Origin: Thermoanaerobaculia bacterium
GTDB taxonomy: Bacteria > Acidobacteriota > Thermoanaerobaculia > Multivoradales > Multivoraceae
Reading direction: 5' to 3'
Assembly (NCBI GenBank): GCA_963666565.1
Contig: OY762911.1
Coordinates: 4,192,001-4,256,000, forward strand
DNA: 64,000 nt
Positions within the stretch are counted from its first letter, which is position 1. Each line of letters starts with the position of its first letter. Shown here piece by piece: positions 34,401-49,400 of this stretch. A model generated the notes under the pieces. It was not told the origin of the DNA and made no database searches. It worked only from the letters and a program-made list of their open reading frames with translations. Both the position numbers and the translations under genes were made by a program.

Positions 34401-37400
34401 GCAGCGAGCAAGGCGCTGGATGTCGATTGGGACGCGGAGACGGGGGCCACGTCGTACAAGATTCAGTGGAAGTCCGGAGCGCAGACCTGGGATGCCACCA
34501 ACCGGCAGCAAACCTCCACCACCACATCCACGACCCTTTCAACCCTCATCAACGGGACCCAGTACACGATCCGCGTGGCGGCGGTGAACGGCAGCGGCGA
34601 CGGCGCATGGTCCGACGAGGCGACCGGGACCCCGGCCGTCTCACTGACGGTGTCCGCCATCGAAGCCACCTCGGCGACGCTGACGATCAGCGACCACAGC
34701 GGCGGCTGGTACTACAAATACACGTCCCCCGTTGGCGGCACGTGTTCCTCGCTCGTCTCCACCGCCTCGACCAGCGTCTCGTCGCTGGCAACCGGCACGA
34801 GCCACACGTTCAAGGCCTACAGCGACAGCGTTTGCAGCACCGAGGTTGCGGCGGCGACGGCGTTCACCACCAAGCCGGGCAAGGTCTCGAACGTTGCCAC
34901 CACGGCCGCCCACGACGTGCTGGACGTGAGCTGGGATGCGGAAACCGGTGCAACTTCCTACAAGATCCAGTGGAAGTCGGGGGCGCAGACCTGGGACGCC
35001 GCCAACCGCCAAGAGACCTCCACCACCACTTCCAAGACGATCTCGGGCCTCAGCTATCCGACCAGCTACACCCTGCGCGTGGCGGCCGCGAACGGCAGCG
35101 GCGACGGCGAATGGTCCGACGAGGCGACGGGCACGCCGGCGGCGCCCTCACTGTCTGCCGGGTCGATCACCGAGACCGGCGCCACCCTGACCATCGCCAA
35201 CCACACCGGCAACTGGTACCACAAACAGACGGCCCCGAGCGCCGGCACCTGCTCGTCGGCGGTCAGCGGCGCAAGCGCCGACCTCTCGACGCTCACCGGC
35301 GGCACCGCCTACACCTGGAAGGCGTATAGCGACAGCACCTGCGCGACGGAACTCGCCAGCGAGACCTTCACCACGGTTTCGTTCACGGCGACCTCGGTGA
35401 CAGCGGTTTCGGCGACGCTGAACATCGGCAACTGGAGCAGCCCCTGGTGGTACTCGGCCGTTGGGAACTCAAGCTGCTTGTCCGTGGCTGGCGGCACATC
35501 GACGGCGGATCTTTCGAACCTCGTCGAGTCCACGGACTACAGCTTCGAAGCGTTCAGCGCGTCCGGTTGTGCGTCTGCGAACAAGATTGCCGACGTGAGC
35601 TTCAGGACCCTCTCGACCGTGACCCTGGCGGCCAGCGACATCACGGAAACCTCGGCGACCCTGACCATCTCCGTCAACAGCAACGACGTGACTCTTGAAC
35701 AGATTTTCAAGACGTTTGGCTGGCGTCACAAGCAAGGAACAACCTGCACGCAGGTTTCGCCGGGGTTGACGGCAGCCTTGAGCACCCTGACGGGCGGCAC
35801 CTCCTACAGCTACAGCGGCCATTTGATCACGGACACGAACTGCTCCAGCACCGCGTTCGCCACCGACACGTTCACGACGCTGTCGCTGGCGGCGGGTTCC
35901 ATCACCACGAGCACGGCGAAGCTGACGCTCGGCAACTACAGTGGAAGCTGGTGGTACAAGGGCAGTCAGGCCGGCGCCACCTGCACATCGGCTGGCACCG
36001 GCATCACCGCAGACCTCGCCAGCCTGGACGACGCCACCAACTACACCTACACCGCCTACGACGCTTCCACCTGCGCATCGAGCGCGAAGATCGCGGACGT
36101 CGACTTCACCACCCTCACCGCCCCCGGTTTCACGTTCACACCCACCAGCGTCACGGTGACGGAGGGCTCGACGGCGACCTACACGGTGAAGCTGGCGACC
36201 AAGCCGACCGCCAGCGTCACCGTCACGATCGCCCGCAGCACGACGGGCACCCAGGACGCGGACCTGAGCGTCAAGACCGGCGGCTCGCTCACCTTCACCA
36301 CCGACAACTGGAACACGGCGCAGACGGTCACGCTGGAGGCGAAGGAGGACGACGACGGCGACGCCGGCACGGCCGACATCGCGCACACGGCGAGCGGCGG
36401 GGGCTACGGCAGCGTCACGGGAACCGTCACGGCGACGGAGGACGACAACGACACGAAGGGTTTCACCTTCTCCGCCTCCAACGTCTCCGTGACGGAGGGC
36501 TCCACCGCCACCTACAAGGTCAAGCTGGCGACCAAGCCGTCCGCCAGCGTCACCGTGACGATTGCGCGAAGCACCACCGGCACCCAGGACGCGGACCTGA
36601 GCGTCAAGACCGGCGGCTCGCTCACCTTCACCACCGACAACTGGGACACGGACCAGACCGTGACGCTCGAGGCCAAGGAGGACGACGACGGCGACGCTGG
36701 CACGGCGGACATCGCGCACACCGCCAGCGGCGGGGGCTACGGAAGCGCGACCGGCACGGTGACCGCCACCGAGTCGGACAACGACACCAAGGGCTTCACC
36801 TTCTCGTCGTCCAACGTCTCGGTCACCGAGGGCTCCACGGCCACCTACAAGGTCAAGCTGGCGACCGAGCCCACCGCCAGCGTCACCGTCACCGTCGCGC
36901 GGAGCAGCACCGGCGCGCAGGACTCGGACCTGAGCGTCAAGACCGGCGGGACCCTCACCTTCACCACCGACAACTGGGACACGGACCAGACGGTAACGCT
37001 CGAAGCCAAGGAGGACGACGACGGAGACGACGGCACCGCCGACATCGCCCACAGCGCCACCGGCGGTGGTTACGGCAGCGTCACCGGCAGCGTCACCGCG
37101 ACCGAGGACGACAACGACACCAAGGGCTTCACCTTCTCGTCGTCCAACGTCTCGGTCACCGAGGGCTCGACCGCCACCTACCAGGTCAAGCTCGCCACCG
37201 AGCCCACCGCCAGCGTCACCGTCACCGTGGCGCGAAGCACCACCGGCACCCAGGACGCGGACCTGAGCGTGAAGACCGGCGGCTCGCTCACCTTCACCAC
37301 CGACAACTGGGACACCGACCAGACCGTGACGCTCGAAGCCAAGGAGGACGACGACGGCGACGACGGCACCGCCGACATCTCGCACACCGCCAGCGGCGGG

Positions 37401-40400
37401 GGCTACGGAAGCGCGACCGGCACGGTGACCGCCACGGAGTCGGACAACGACACGAAGGGCTTCACCTTCTCCGCGTCCAACGTCTCCGTGACGGAAGGCT
37501 CCACCGCCACCTACAAGGTCAAGCTGGCGACCAAGCCGTCCGCCAGCGTCACCGTGACGATTGCGCGAAGCACCACCGGCACCCAGGACGCGGACCTGAG
37601 CGTCAAGACCGGCGGCTCGCTCACCTTCACCACCGACAACTGGAACACGGACCAGACCGTGACCCTGGAGGCGAAGGAGGACGACGACGGAGACGCCGAC
37701 ACCGCCGACATCGCTCACACCGCCAGCGGCGGAGGCTACGGCAGCGTCACCGGCACGGTGACCGCAACTGAGTCGGACAACGACACGAAGGGCTTCACCT
37801 TCTCCGCGTCCAACGTCTCCGTGACGGAAGGCTCTACCGCCACCTACAAGGTCAAGCTCAAGACGAAGCCCTCCGCCAGCGTCACCGTGACCGTCGCGCG
37901 GAGCACGACCGGCACACAGGACTCGGACCTGAGCGTCAAGACCGGCGGCTCGCTCACCTTCACCACCGACAACTGGGACACCGACCAGACCGTGACGCTC
38001 GAGGCCAAGGAAGACGACGACGGCGACGCTGGACGGCGGACATCGCGCACACCGCCAGCGGCGGAGGCTACGGAAGCGTCACCGGCACAGTCACCGCTAG
38101 TGAGTCGGACAACGACGCGAAGGGCTTCACCTTCTCCGCATCGAACGTGAGCGTGACCGAGGGCTCCACCGCCACCTACAAGGTGAAGCTGGCGACCAAG
38201 CCGTCCGCCAGCGTCACCGTGACGATTGCGCGAAGCACCACCGGCACCCAGGACGCGGACCTGAGCGTCAAGACCGGCGGCTCGCTCACCTTCACCACCG
38301 ACAACTGGGACACCGACCAGACCGTCACGCTGGAGGCCAAGGAGGACGACGACGGCGACGACGGCACCGCCGACATCTCGCACACCGCCAGCGGCGGGGG
38401 CTACGGAAGCGTCACCGGCACAGTCACCGCCACCGAGTCGGACAACGACACCAAGGGCTTCACCTTCTCCGCATCGAACGTGAGCGTGACTGAGGGCTCG
38501 ACGGCCACCTACAAGGTGAAGCTGGCGACCAAGCCGTCCGCCAGCGTCACCGTGACGATTGCGCGAAGCACCACCGGCACCCAGGACGCGGACCTGAGCG
38601 TGAAGACCGGCGGCTCGCTCACCTTCACGACCGACAACTGGGACACCGACCAGACCGTCACGCTGGAGGCCAAGGAGGACGACGACGGCGACGACGGCAC
38701 CGCCGACATCTCGCACACCGCCAGCGGCGGGGGCTACGGAAGCGCGACCGGCACGGTGACCGCCACCGAGTCGGACAACGACACCAAGGGCTTCACCTTC
38801 TCGTCGTCCAACGTCTCGGTCACCGAGGGCTCCACGGCCACCTACAAGGTCAAGCTGGCGACCGAGCCCACGGCCAGCGTCACCGTCACCGTCGCGCGGA
38901 GCAGCACCGGCGCGCAGGACTCGGACCTGAGCGTCAAGACCGGCGGGACCCTCACCTTCACCACCGACAACTGGGACACGGACCAGACGGTAACGCTCGA
39001 AGCCAAGGAGGACGACGACGGAGACGACGGCACCGCCGACATCGCCCACAGCGCCACCGGCGGTGGTTACGGCAGCGTCACCGGCAGCGTCACCGCGACC
39101 GAGGACGACAACGACACCAAGGGCTTCACCTTCTCGTCGTCCAACGTCTCGGTCACCGAGGGCTCGACCGCCACCTACCAGGTCAAGCTCGCCACCGAGC
39201 CCACCGCCAGCGTCACCGTCACCGTGGCGCGAAGCACCACCGGCACCCAGGACGCGGACCTGAGCGTGAAGACCGGCGGCTCGCTCACCTTCACCACGGA
39301 CAACTGGGACACCGACCAGACCGTGACGCTCGAAGCCAAGGAGGACGACGACGGCGACGACGGCACCGCCGACATCTCGCACACCGCCAGCGGCGGGGGC
39401 TACGGAAGCGCGACCGGCACGGTGACCGCCACGGAGTCGGACAACGACACGAAGGGCTTCACCTTCTCCGCGTCCAACGTCTCCGTGACGGAAGGCTCCA
39501 CCGCCACCTACAAGGTCAAGCTGGCGACCAAGCCGTCCGCCAGCGTCACCGTGACGATTGCGCGAAGCACCACCGGCACCCAGGACGCGGACCTGAGCGT
39601 CAAGACCGGCGGCTCGCTCACCTTCACCACCGACAACTGGAACACGGACCAGACCGTGACCCTGGAGGCGAAGGAGGACGACGACGGAGACGCCGGCACC
39701 GCCGACATCGCTCACACCGCCAGCGGCGGAGGCTACGGCAGCGTCACCGGCACGGTGACCGCAACTGAGTCGGACAACGACACGAAGGGCTTCACCTTCT
39801 CCGCGTCCAACGTCTCCGTGACGGAAGGCTCTACCGCCACCTACAAGGTCAAGCTCAAGACGAAGCCCTCCGCCAGCGTCACCGTGACCGTCGCGCGGAG
39901 CACGACCGGCACACAGGACTCGGACCTGAGCGTCAAGACCGGCGGCTCGCTCACCTTCACCACCGACAACTGGGACACCGACCAGACCGTGACGCTCGAG
40001 GCCAAGGAAGACGACGACGGCGACGCTGGCACGGCGGACATCGCGCACACCGCCAGCGGCGGAGGCTACGGAAGCGTCACCGGCACAGTCACCGCTAGTG
40101 AGTCGGACAACGACGCGAAGGGCTTCACCTTCTCCGCATCGAACGTGAGCGTGACCGAGGGCTCCACCGCCACCTACAAGGTGAAGCTGGCGACCAAGCC
40201 GTCCGCCAGCGTCACCGTGACGATTGCGCGAAGCACCACCGGCACCCAGGACGCGGACCTGAGCGTCAAGACCGGCGGCTCGCTCACCTTCACCACCGAC
40301 AACTGGGACACCGACCAGACCGTCACGCTGGAGGCCAAGGAGGACGACGACGGCGACGACGGCACCGCCGACATCTCGCACACCGCCAGCGGCGGGGGCT

Positions 40401-43400
40401 ACGGAAGCGTCACCGGCACAGTCACCGCCACCGAGTCGGACAACGACACCAAGGGCTTCACCTTCTCCGCATCGAACGTGAGCGTGACTGAGGGCTCGAC
40501 GGCCACCTACAAGGTGAAGCTGGCGACCAAGCCGTCCGCCAGCGTCACCGTGACGATTGCGCGAAGCACCACCGGCACCCAGGACGCGGACCTGAGCGTC
40601 AAGACCGGCGGCTCGCTCACCTTCACCACCGACAACTGGGACACCGACCAGACCGTCACGCTGGAGGCCAAGGAGGACGACGACGGCGACGACGGCACCG
40701 CCGACATCTCGCACACCGCCAGCGGCGGGGGCTACGGAAGCGCGACCGGCACGGTGACCGCCACCGAGTCGGACAACGACACCAAGGGCTTCACCTTCTC
40801 CGCGTCGAACGTGTCGGTGACGGAAGGCTCGACGGCGACCTACACGGTCAAGCTGGCGACCAAGCCGACCGCCAGCGTCACGGTCACCGTCGCCCGCAGC
40901 ACCGCCGGCACGCAGGACGCGGACCTGAGCGTCAAGACCGGCGGCTCGCTCACCTTCACCACCGACAACTGGAGCACCGCCCAGACCGTCACGCTGGAGG
41001 CGAAGGAAGACGACGACGGCGACGACGGCACGGCGGACATCGCGCACACCGCCAGCGGCGGAGGCTACGGCAGCGTCACGGGAAACGTCACGGCGACGGA
41101 GGACGACAACGACACGAAGGGCTTCACCTTCTCCGCGTCGAACGTCTCGGTGACGGAGGGCTCCACCGCCACCTACAAGGTCAAGCTGGCGACCAAGCCG
41201 TCCGCCAGCGTCACCGTGACGGTTGCGCGAAGCACCACCGGCACACAGGACTCGGACCTGAGCGTGAAGACCGGCGGCTCGCTCACCTTCACGACCGACA
41301 ACTGGAACACCGACCAGACCGTCACCCTCGAAGCCAAGGAGGACGACGACGGCGACGACGGCACGGCCGACATCGCCCACACCGCCAGCGGCGGCGGCTA
41401 CGGCAGCGCGACCGGCACGGTGACCGCCACGGAGTCGGACAACGACACCAAGGGCTTCACCTTCTCCGCCTCCAACGTCTCCGTGACGGAAGGCTCTACC
41501 GCCACCTACAAGGTCAAGCTCAAGACGAAGCCCTCCGCCAGCGTCACCGTGACGATTGCGCGAAGCACCACCGGCACCCAGGACGCGGACCTGAGCGTCA
41601 AGACCGGCGGCTCGCTCACCTTCACCACCGACAACTGGGACACCGACCAGACCGTGACGCTCGAGGCCAAGGAAGACGACGACGGCGACGACGACACCGC
41701 CGACATCGCTCACACCGCCAGCGGCGGAGGCTACGGCAGCGTCACCGGCACGGTGACCGCAACGGAGTCGGACAACGACACCAAGGGCTTCACCTTCTCC
41801 GCCTCCAACGTCTCCGTGACGGAGGGCTCCACCGCCACCTACAAGGTCAAGCTGGCGACCAAGCCGTCCGCCAGCGTCACCGTGACGGTTGCGCGAAGCA
41901 CCGCCGGCACACAGGACTCGGACCTGAGCGTGAAGACCGGCGGCTCGCTCACCTTCACGACCGACAACTGGAACACCGACCAGACCGTCACCCTCGAAGC
42001 CAAGGAGGACGACGACGGCGACGACGGCACCGCCGACATCGCGCACACCGCCAGCGGCGGGGGCTACGGAAGCGCGACCGGCACGGTGACCGCCACCGAG
42101 TCGGACAACGACACCAAGGGCTTCACCTTCTCCGCGTCCAACGTCTCCGTGACGGAAGGCTCTACCGCCACCTACAAGGTCAAGCTCAAGACGAAGCCCT
42201 CCGCCAGCGTCACGGTCACCGTCGCGCGGAGCACGACCGGCACGCAGGACTCGGACCTCAGCGTCAAGACCGGCGGCTCGCTCACCTTCACCACCGACAA
42301 CTGGGACACCGACCAGACCGTCACCCTGGAGGCCAAGGAAGACGACGACGGCGACGACGGCACCGCCGACATCGCGCACACCGCCAGCGGCGGGGGCTAC
42401 GGAAGCGCGACCGGCACGGTGACCGCAACGGAGTCGGACAACGACACGAAGGGCTTCACCTTCTCCGCGTCCAACGTCTCCGTGACGGAAGGCTCTACCG
42501 CCACCTACAAGGTCAAGCTCAAGACGAAGCCCTCCGCCAGCGTCACCGTGACGATTGCGCGAAGCACGACCGGCACGCAGGACGCGGACCTCAGCGTCAA
42601 GACCGGCGGCTCGCTTACCTTCACCACCGACAACTGGGACACCGACCAGACGGTCACCCTGGAAGCCAAGGAGGACGACGACGGCAACGACGGCACCGCC
42701 GACATCGCCCACACGGCGACCGGCGGCGGCTACGGCAGCGTGACCGGCAGCATCACCGCCACGGAGTCGGACAACGACGCGAAGGGCTTCACCTTCACCC
42801 CCACCAGCGTTTCGGTGACGGAGGGGTCCAGCGCCACCTACAAGGTCAAGCTCAAGACCAAGCCCACGGCCAGCGTCACCGTGACCGTCGCGCGGAGCAC
42901 GACCGGCACGCAGGACTCGGACCTGAGCGTCAAGACCGGCGGCTCGCTCACCTTCACCACCGACAACTGGGACACCGACCAGACCGTCACCCTGGAGGCG
43001 AAGGAGGACGACGACGGCGACGACGGCACCGCCGACATCGCGCACACCGCCAGCGGCGGCGGCTACGGAAGCGCGACGGGAACCGTCACGGCAACGGAGG
43101 ACGACAACGACACGAAGGGCTTCACCTTCTCCGCCTCCAACGTCTCCGTGACTGAGGGCTCGACGGCCACCTACACGGTGAAGCTGGCGACCGAGCCCTC
43201 GGCGAGCGTCACGGTGACCGTCGCCCGCAGCACTACCGGCACGCAGGACACGGACCTCAGCGTGAAGACCGGCGGCTCGCTGACCTTCACCACCGACAAC
43301 TGGGACACCGACCAGACCGTCACGCTGGAGGCGAAGGAAGACGACGACGGCGACAACGGCACGGCGGACATCGCGCACACGGCGAGCGGCGGCGGCTACG

Positions 43401-46400
43401 GCAGCGTCACCGGCACGGTGACCGCCACGGAGTCGGACAACGACACCAAGGGCTTCACCTTCTCCGCGTCGAACGTGACGGTGACGGAGGGCTCAACGGC
43501 GACCTACACGGTGAAGCTGGCGACCAAGCCCACGGCCAGCGTCACCGTGACCGTCGCGCGGAGCACGACCGGCACCCAGGACTCGGACCTGAGCGTGAAG
43601 ACCGGCGGCTCGCTGACCTTCACCACCTCCAACTGGGACACCGCCCAGACCGTCACCCTGGAGGCGAAGGAGGACGACGACGGAGACGACGGCACGGCGG
43701 ACATCGGGCACACGGCCAGCGGCGGGGGCTACGGCAGCGTCACCGGCAGCATCACCGCCACGGAGGACGACAACGACGCGAAGGGCTTCACCTTCTCCGC
43801 ATCGAACGTGAGCGTGACCGAGGGCTCGACGGCCACCTACACGGTGAAGCTGGCGACCGAGCCCTCGGCGAGCGTCACGGTCACCGTCGCCCGCAGCACC
43901 GCCGGCACGCAGGACACGGACCTCAGCGTCAAGACCGGCGGCTCGCTCACCTTCACCACCGACAACTGGAGCACCGCCCAGACCGTCACGCTGGAGACGA
44001 AGGAAGACGACGACGGCGACGCTGGCACGGCCGACATCGCGCACACGGCCAGCGGCGGAGGCTACGGAAGCGTCACGGGAACCGTCACGGCGACGGAGGA
44101 CGACAACGACACGAAGGGCTTCACCTTCTCCGCCTCCAACGTCTCCGTGACGGAGGGCTCCACCGCCACCTACAAGGTCAAGCTGGCGACCAAGCCGTCC
44201 GCCAGCGTCACCGTGACGGTTGCGCGAAGCACCACCGGCACCCAGGACTCGGACCTGAGCGTGAAGACCGGCGCGTCGCTGACTTTCACCACCGACAACT
44301 GGGACACGGACCAGACCGTGACGCTGGAGGCCAAGGAAGACGACGACGGCGACGACGGCACCGCCGACATCGCCCACACCGCCAGCGGCGGCGGCTACGG
44401 CAGCGTCACGGGAAGCCTGACGGCCACGGAGGACGACAACGACGCGAAGGGCTTCACGTTCTCCGCTTCGAACGTGACGGTGACGGAGGGTTCGACGGCG
44501 ACCTACACGGTCAAGCTCGCGACCAAGCCGACCGCCAGCGTCACCGTGACCGTCGCCCGCAGCACGACCGGCACGCAGGACGCGGACCTCAGCGTCAAGA
44601 CCGGCGGCTCGCTTACCTTCACCACCGACAACTGGGACACCGACCAGACGGTCACCCTGGAAGCCAAGGAGGACGACGACGGCAACGACGGCACCGCCGA
44701 CATCGCCCACACGGCGACCGGCGGCGGCTACGGCAGCGTGACCGGCAGCATCACCGCCACGGAGTCGGACAACGACGCGAAGGGCTTCACCTTCACCCCC
44801 ACCAGCGTTTCGGTGACGGAGGGGTCCAGCGCCACCTACAAGGTCAAGCTCAAGACCAAGCCCACGGCCAGCGTCACCGTGACCGTCGCGCGGAGCACGA
44901 CCGGCACCCAGGACTCGGATCTCAGCGTCAAGACCGGCGGCTCGCTCACCTTCACCACCTCCAACTGGGACACGGACCAGACCGTCACCCTGGAGGCGAA
45001 GGAGGACGACGACGGCGACGCCGGCACGGCCGACATCGCGCACACGGCGAGCGGCGGGGGCTACGGCAGCGTCACCGGCAGCGTCACGGCCACGGAGTCG
45101 GACAACGACACCAAGGGCTTCACCTTCTCCGCGTCGAACGTCTCGGTGACGGAGGGCTCCACCGCCACCTACAAGGTCAAGCTCAAGACGAAGCCCTCCG
45201 CCAGCGTCACCGTGACGATTGCGCGAAGCACCACCGGCACACAGGACGCGGACCTGAGCGTGAAGACCGGCGGCTCGCTCACCTTCACCACCGACAACTG
45301 GAGCACCGCCCAGACCGTCACGCTGGAGGCCAAGGAGGACGACGACGGCAACGACGGCACCGCCGACATCGCCCACACCGCCAGCGGCGGAGGCTACGGA
45401 AGCGTCACCGGCACAGTCACCGCTACTGAGTCGGACAACGACGCGAAGGGCTTCACGTTCTCCGCATCGAACGTGAGCGTGACTGAGGGCTCGACGGCCA
45501 CCTACACGGTGAAGCTGGCGACCAAGCCGTCCGCCAGCGTCACCGTGACGGTTGCGCGAAGCACCACCGGCACCCAGGACGCGGACCTGAGCGTGAAGAC
45601 CGGCGGCTCGCTGACGTTCACGACCGGCAACTGGAGCACGGCGCAGACGGTCACGCTGGAGGCAAAGGAGGACGACGACGGCGACGCTGGCACGGCCGAC
45701 ATCGCGCACACGGCCAGCGGCGGAGGCTACGGAAGCGTCACGGGAACCGTCACGGCGACGGAGGACGACAACGACACGAAGGGCTTCACCTTCTCCGCAT
45801 CGAACGTGAGCGTGACGGAGGGCTCCACCGCCACCTACAAGGTCAAGCTGGCGACCGAGCCCTCGGCGAGCGTCACGGTCACCGTCGCCCGCAGCACCGC
45901 CGGCACGCAGGACACGGACCTCAGCGTCAAGACCGGCGGCTCGCTCACCTTCACCACCGACAACTGGGACACCGACCAGACCGTCACCCTGGAGGCGAAG
46001 GAGGACGACGACGGCGACGACGGCACCGCCGACATCGCCCACACCGCCAGCGGCGGCGGCTACGGCAGCGTCACGGGAAGCCTGACGGCCACGGAGGACG
46101 ACAACGACGCGAAGGGCTTCACGTTCTCCGCTTCGAACGTGACGGTGACGGAGGGTTCGACGGCGACCTACACGGTCAAGCTAGCGACCAAGCCGACCGC
46201 CAGCGTCACCGTGACCGTCGCCCGCAGCACGACCGGCACGCAGGACGCGGACCTCAGCGTCAAGACCGGAGGCTCGCTGACCTTCACCACCGACAACTGG
46301 GACACCGACCAGACGGTCACCCTGGAAGCCAAGGAGGACGACGACGGCAACGACGGCACCGCCGACATCGCCCACACGGCGACCGGCGGCGGCTACGGCA

Positions 46401-49400
46401 GCGTGACCGGCACGGTGACCGCCACGGAGTCGGACAACGACGCGAAGGGCTTCACCTTCACCCCCACCAGCGTTTCGGTGACGGAGGGGTCCAGCGCCAC
46501 CTACAAGGTCAAGCTCAAGACCAAGCCCACGGCCAGCGTCACCGTGACCGTCGCGCGGAGCACGACCGGCACGCAGGACTCGGACCTGAGCGTCAAGACC
46601 GGCGGCTCGCTCACCTTCACCACCGACAACTGGGACACCGACCAGACCGTCACGCTGGAGGCGAAGGAGGACGACGACGGAGACGACGGCACGGCCGACA
46701 TCGCCCACACGGCGACCGGCGGCGGCTACGGCAGCGTGACCGGCAGCATCACCGCGACGGAGGACGACAACGACACCAAGGGCTTCACCTTCTCCGCCTC
46801 CAACGTCTCCGTGACGGAGGGCTCCACCGCCACCTACAAGGTCAAGCTCAAGACGAAGCCCTCCGCCAGCGTCACCGTGACGATTGCGCGAAGCACCACC
46901 GGCACCCAGGACGCGGACCTGAGCGTCAAGACCGGCGGCTCGCTCACCTTCACCACCGACAACTGGGACACGGACCAGACCGTGACGCTCGAAGCCAAGG
47001 AGGACGACGACGGCGACGCCGGCACGGCGGACATCGCGCACACCGCCAGCGGCGGAGGCTACGGCAGCATCACCGGCACGGTGACCGCAACTGAGTCGGA
47101 CAACGACGCGAAGGGCTTCACCTTCTCGGCGTCCAACGTTTCGGTCACCGAGGGCTCGACCGCCACCTACAAGGTCAAGCTGGCGACCAAGCCGTCCGCC
47201 AGCGTCACCGTGACGATTGCGCAAAGCACCACCGGCACGCCGGACACGGACCTCAGCGTCAAGACCGGCGGCTCGCTCACCTTCACCACCGACAACTGGG
47301 ACACCGACCAGACCGTCACGCTGGAGGCCAAGGAGGACGACGACGGAGACGACGGCACGGCCGACATCGCCCACACGGCGACCGGCGGCGGCTACGGCAG
47401 CGTGACCGGCAGCATCACCGCGACGGAGGACGACAACGACACCAAGGGCTTCACGTTCTCCGCCTCCAACGTGAGCGTGACCGAGGGCTCGACGGCCACC
47501 TACACGGTGAAGCTGGCGACCGAGCCCTCGGCGAGCGTCACGGTCACCGTCGCCCGCAGCACCGCCGGCACGCAGGACACGGACCTCAGCGTCAAGACCG
47601 GCGGCTCGCTCACCTTCACCACCGACAACTGGGACACCGACCAGACCGTCACGCTGGAGGCGAAGGAGGACGACGACGGAGACGACGGCACGGCCGACAT
47701 CGCCCACACGGCGACCGGCGGCGGCTACGGCAGCGTGACCGGCAGCATCACCGCGACGGAGGACGACAACGACACCAAGGGCTTCACCTTCTCCGCCTCC
47801 AACGTCTCCGTGACGGAGGGCTCCACCGCCACCTACAAGGTCAAGCTCAAGACGAAGCCCTCCGCCAGCGTCACCGTGACGATTGCGCGAAGCACCACCG
47901 GCACCCAGGACGCGGACCTGAGCGTCAAGACCGGCGGCTCGCTCACCTTCACCACCGACAACTGGGACACGGACCAGACCGTGACGCTCGAAGCCAAGGA
48001 GGACGACGACGGCGACGCCGGCACGGCGGACATCGCGCACACCGCCAGCGGCGGAGGCTACGGCAGCATCACCGGCACGGTGACCGCAACTGAGTCGGAC
48101 AACGACGCGAAGGGCTTCACCTTCTCGGCGTCCAACGTTTCGGTCACCGAGGGCTCGACCGCCACCTACACGGTCAAGCTCAAGACCGAGCCCACCGCCA
48201 GCGTCACCGTGACCGTCGCGCGCAGCACGACCGGCACCCAGGACTCGGACCTGAGCGTGAAGACCGGCGCGTCGCTGACTTTCACCACTGACAACTGGGA
48301 CACCGACCAGACCGTCACCCTGGAAGCCAAGGAAGACGACGACGGAGACGACGGCACCGCCGACATCGCTCACACGGCGAGCGGCGGCGGCTACGGCAGC
48401 GCGACGGGCACCGTCACCGCCACCGAGTCGGACAACGACACGAAGGGCTTCACCTTCTCGGCGTCCAACGTCTCGGTCACCGAGGGCTCGACCGCCACCT
48501 ACAAGGTCAAGCTCAAGACCGAGCCCTCCGCCAGCGTCACGGTCACCGTCGCGCGCAGCACCACCGGCGCCCAGGACTCGGACCTGAGCGTGAAGACCGG
48601 CGGCTCGCTCACCTTCACCACCGACAACTGGGACACGGACCAGACCGTGACGCTGGAGGCCAAGGAAGACGACGACGGCGACGACAGCACCGCCGACATC
48701 GCCCACACCGCCAGCGGCGGCGGCTACGGAAGCGTCACCGGCACCGTCGCGGCGACCGAGGACGACAACGACGCGAAGGGCTTCACCTTCTCGGCGTCCA
48801 ACGTCTCGGTCACCGAGGGCTCGACCGCCACCTACAAGGTCAAGCTGGCGACCGAGCCCTCGGCGAGCGTCACGGTGACCGTCGCGCGGAGCACGACCGG
48901 CACGCAGGACTCCGATCTGAGCGTCAAGACCGGCGGCTCGCTCACCTTCACCACCGACAACTGGGACACGGACCAGACGGTGACGCTCGAAGCCAAGGAA
49001 GACGGCGACGGCCTCGACGGCACGGCGGTCATCGTCCACACCGCCTCCGGCGGCGGGTACGGATCGGTCACCGCCGAGCTGACGGCGACCGAGGACGACA
49101 ACGACCGAGGACTCACGCTGTCGGCCAACACCGCAACGGTGACCGAAGGCGCCACCAAGGACTACACCGTCAAGCTCGCCACCAAACCCACCGCCAGCGT
49201 CACGGTCACCGTCGCCCGCAAGGCCGCCGGCACGCAGGACGCGGACATCAGCGTCAAGACCGGCTCTTCCCTCACCTTCACCACCTCCAACTGGAACACC
49301 GCTCAGACCGTCACCCTGGAGGCCAAGGAAGACCACGACGGGGACGACGGCACGGCGGTGATCGTGCATACGGCAAGCGGCGGCGGCTACGGCTCCGTTA

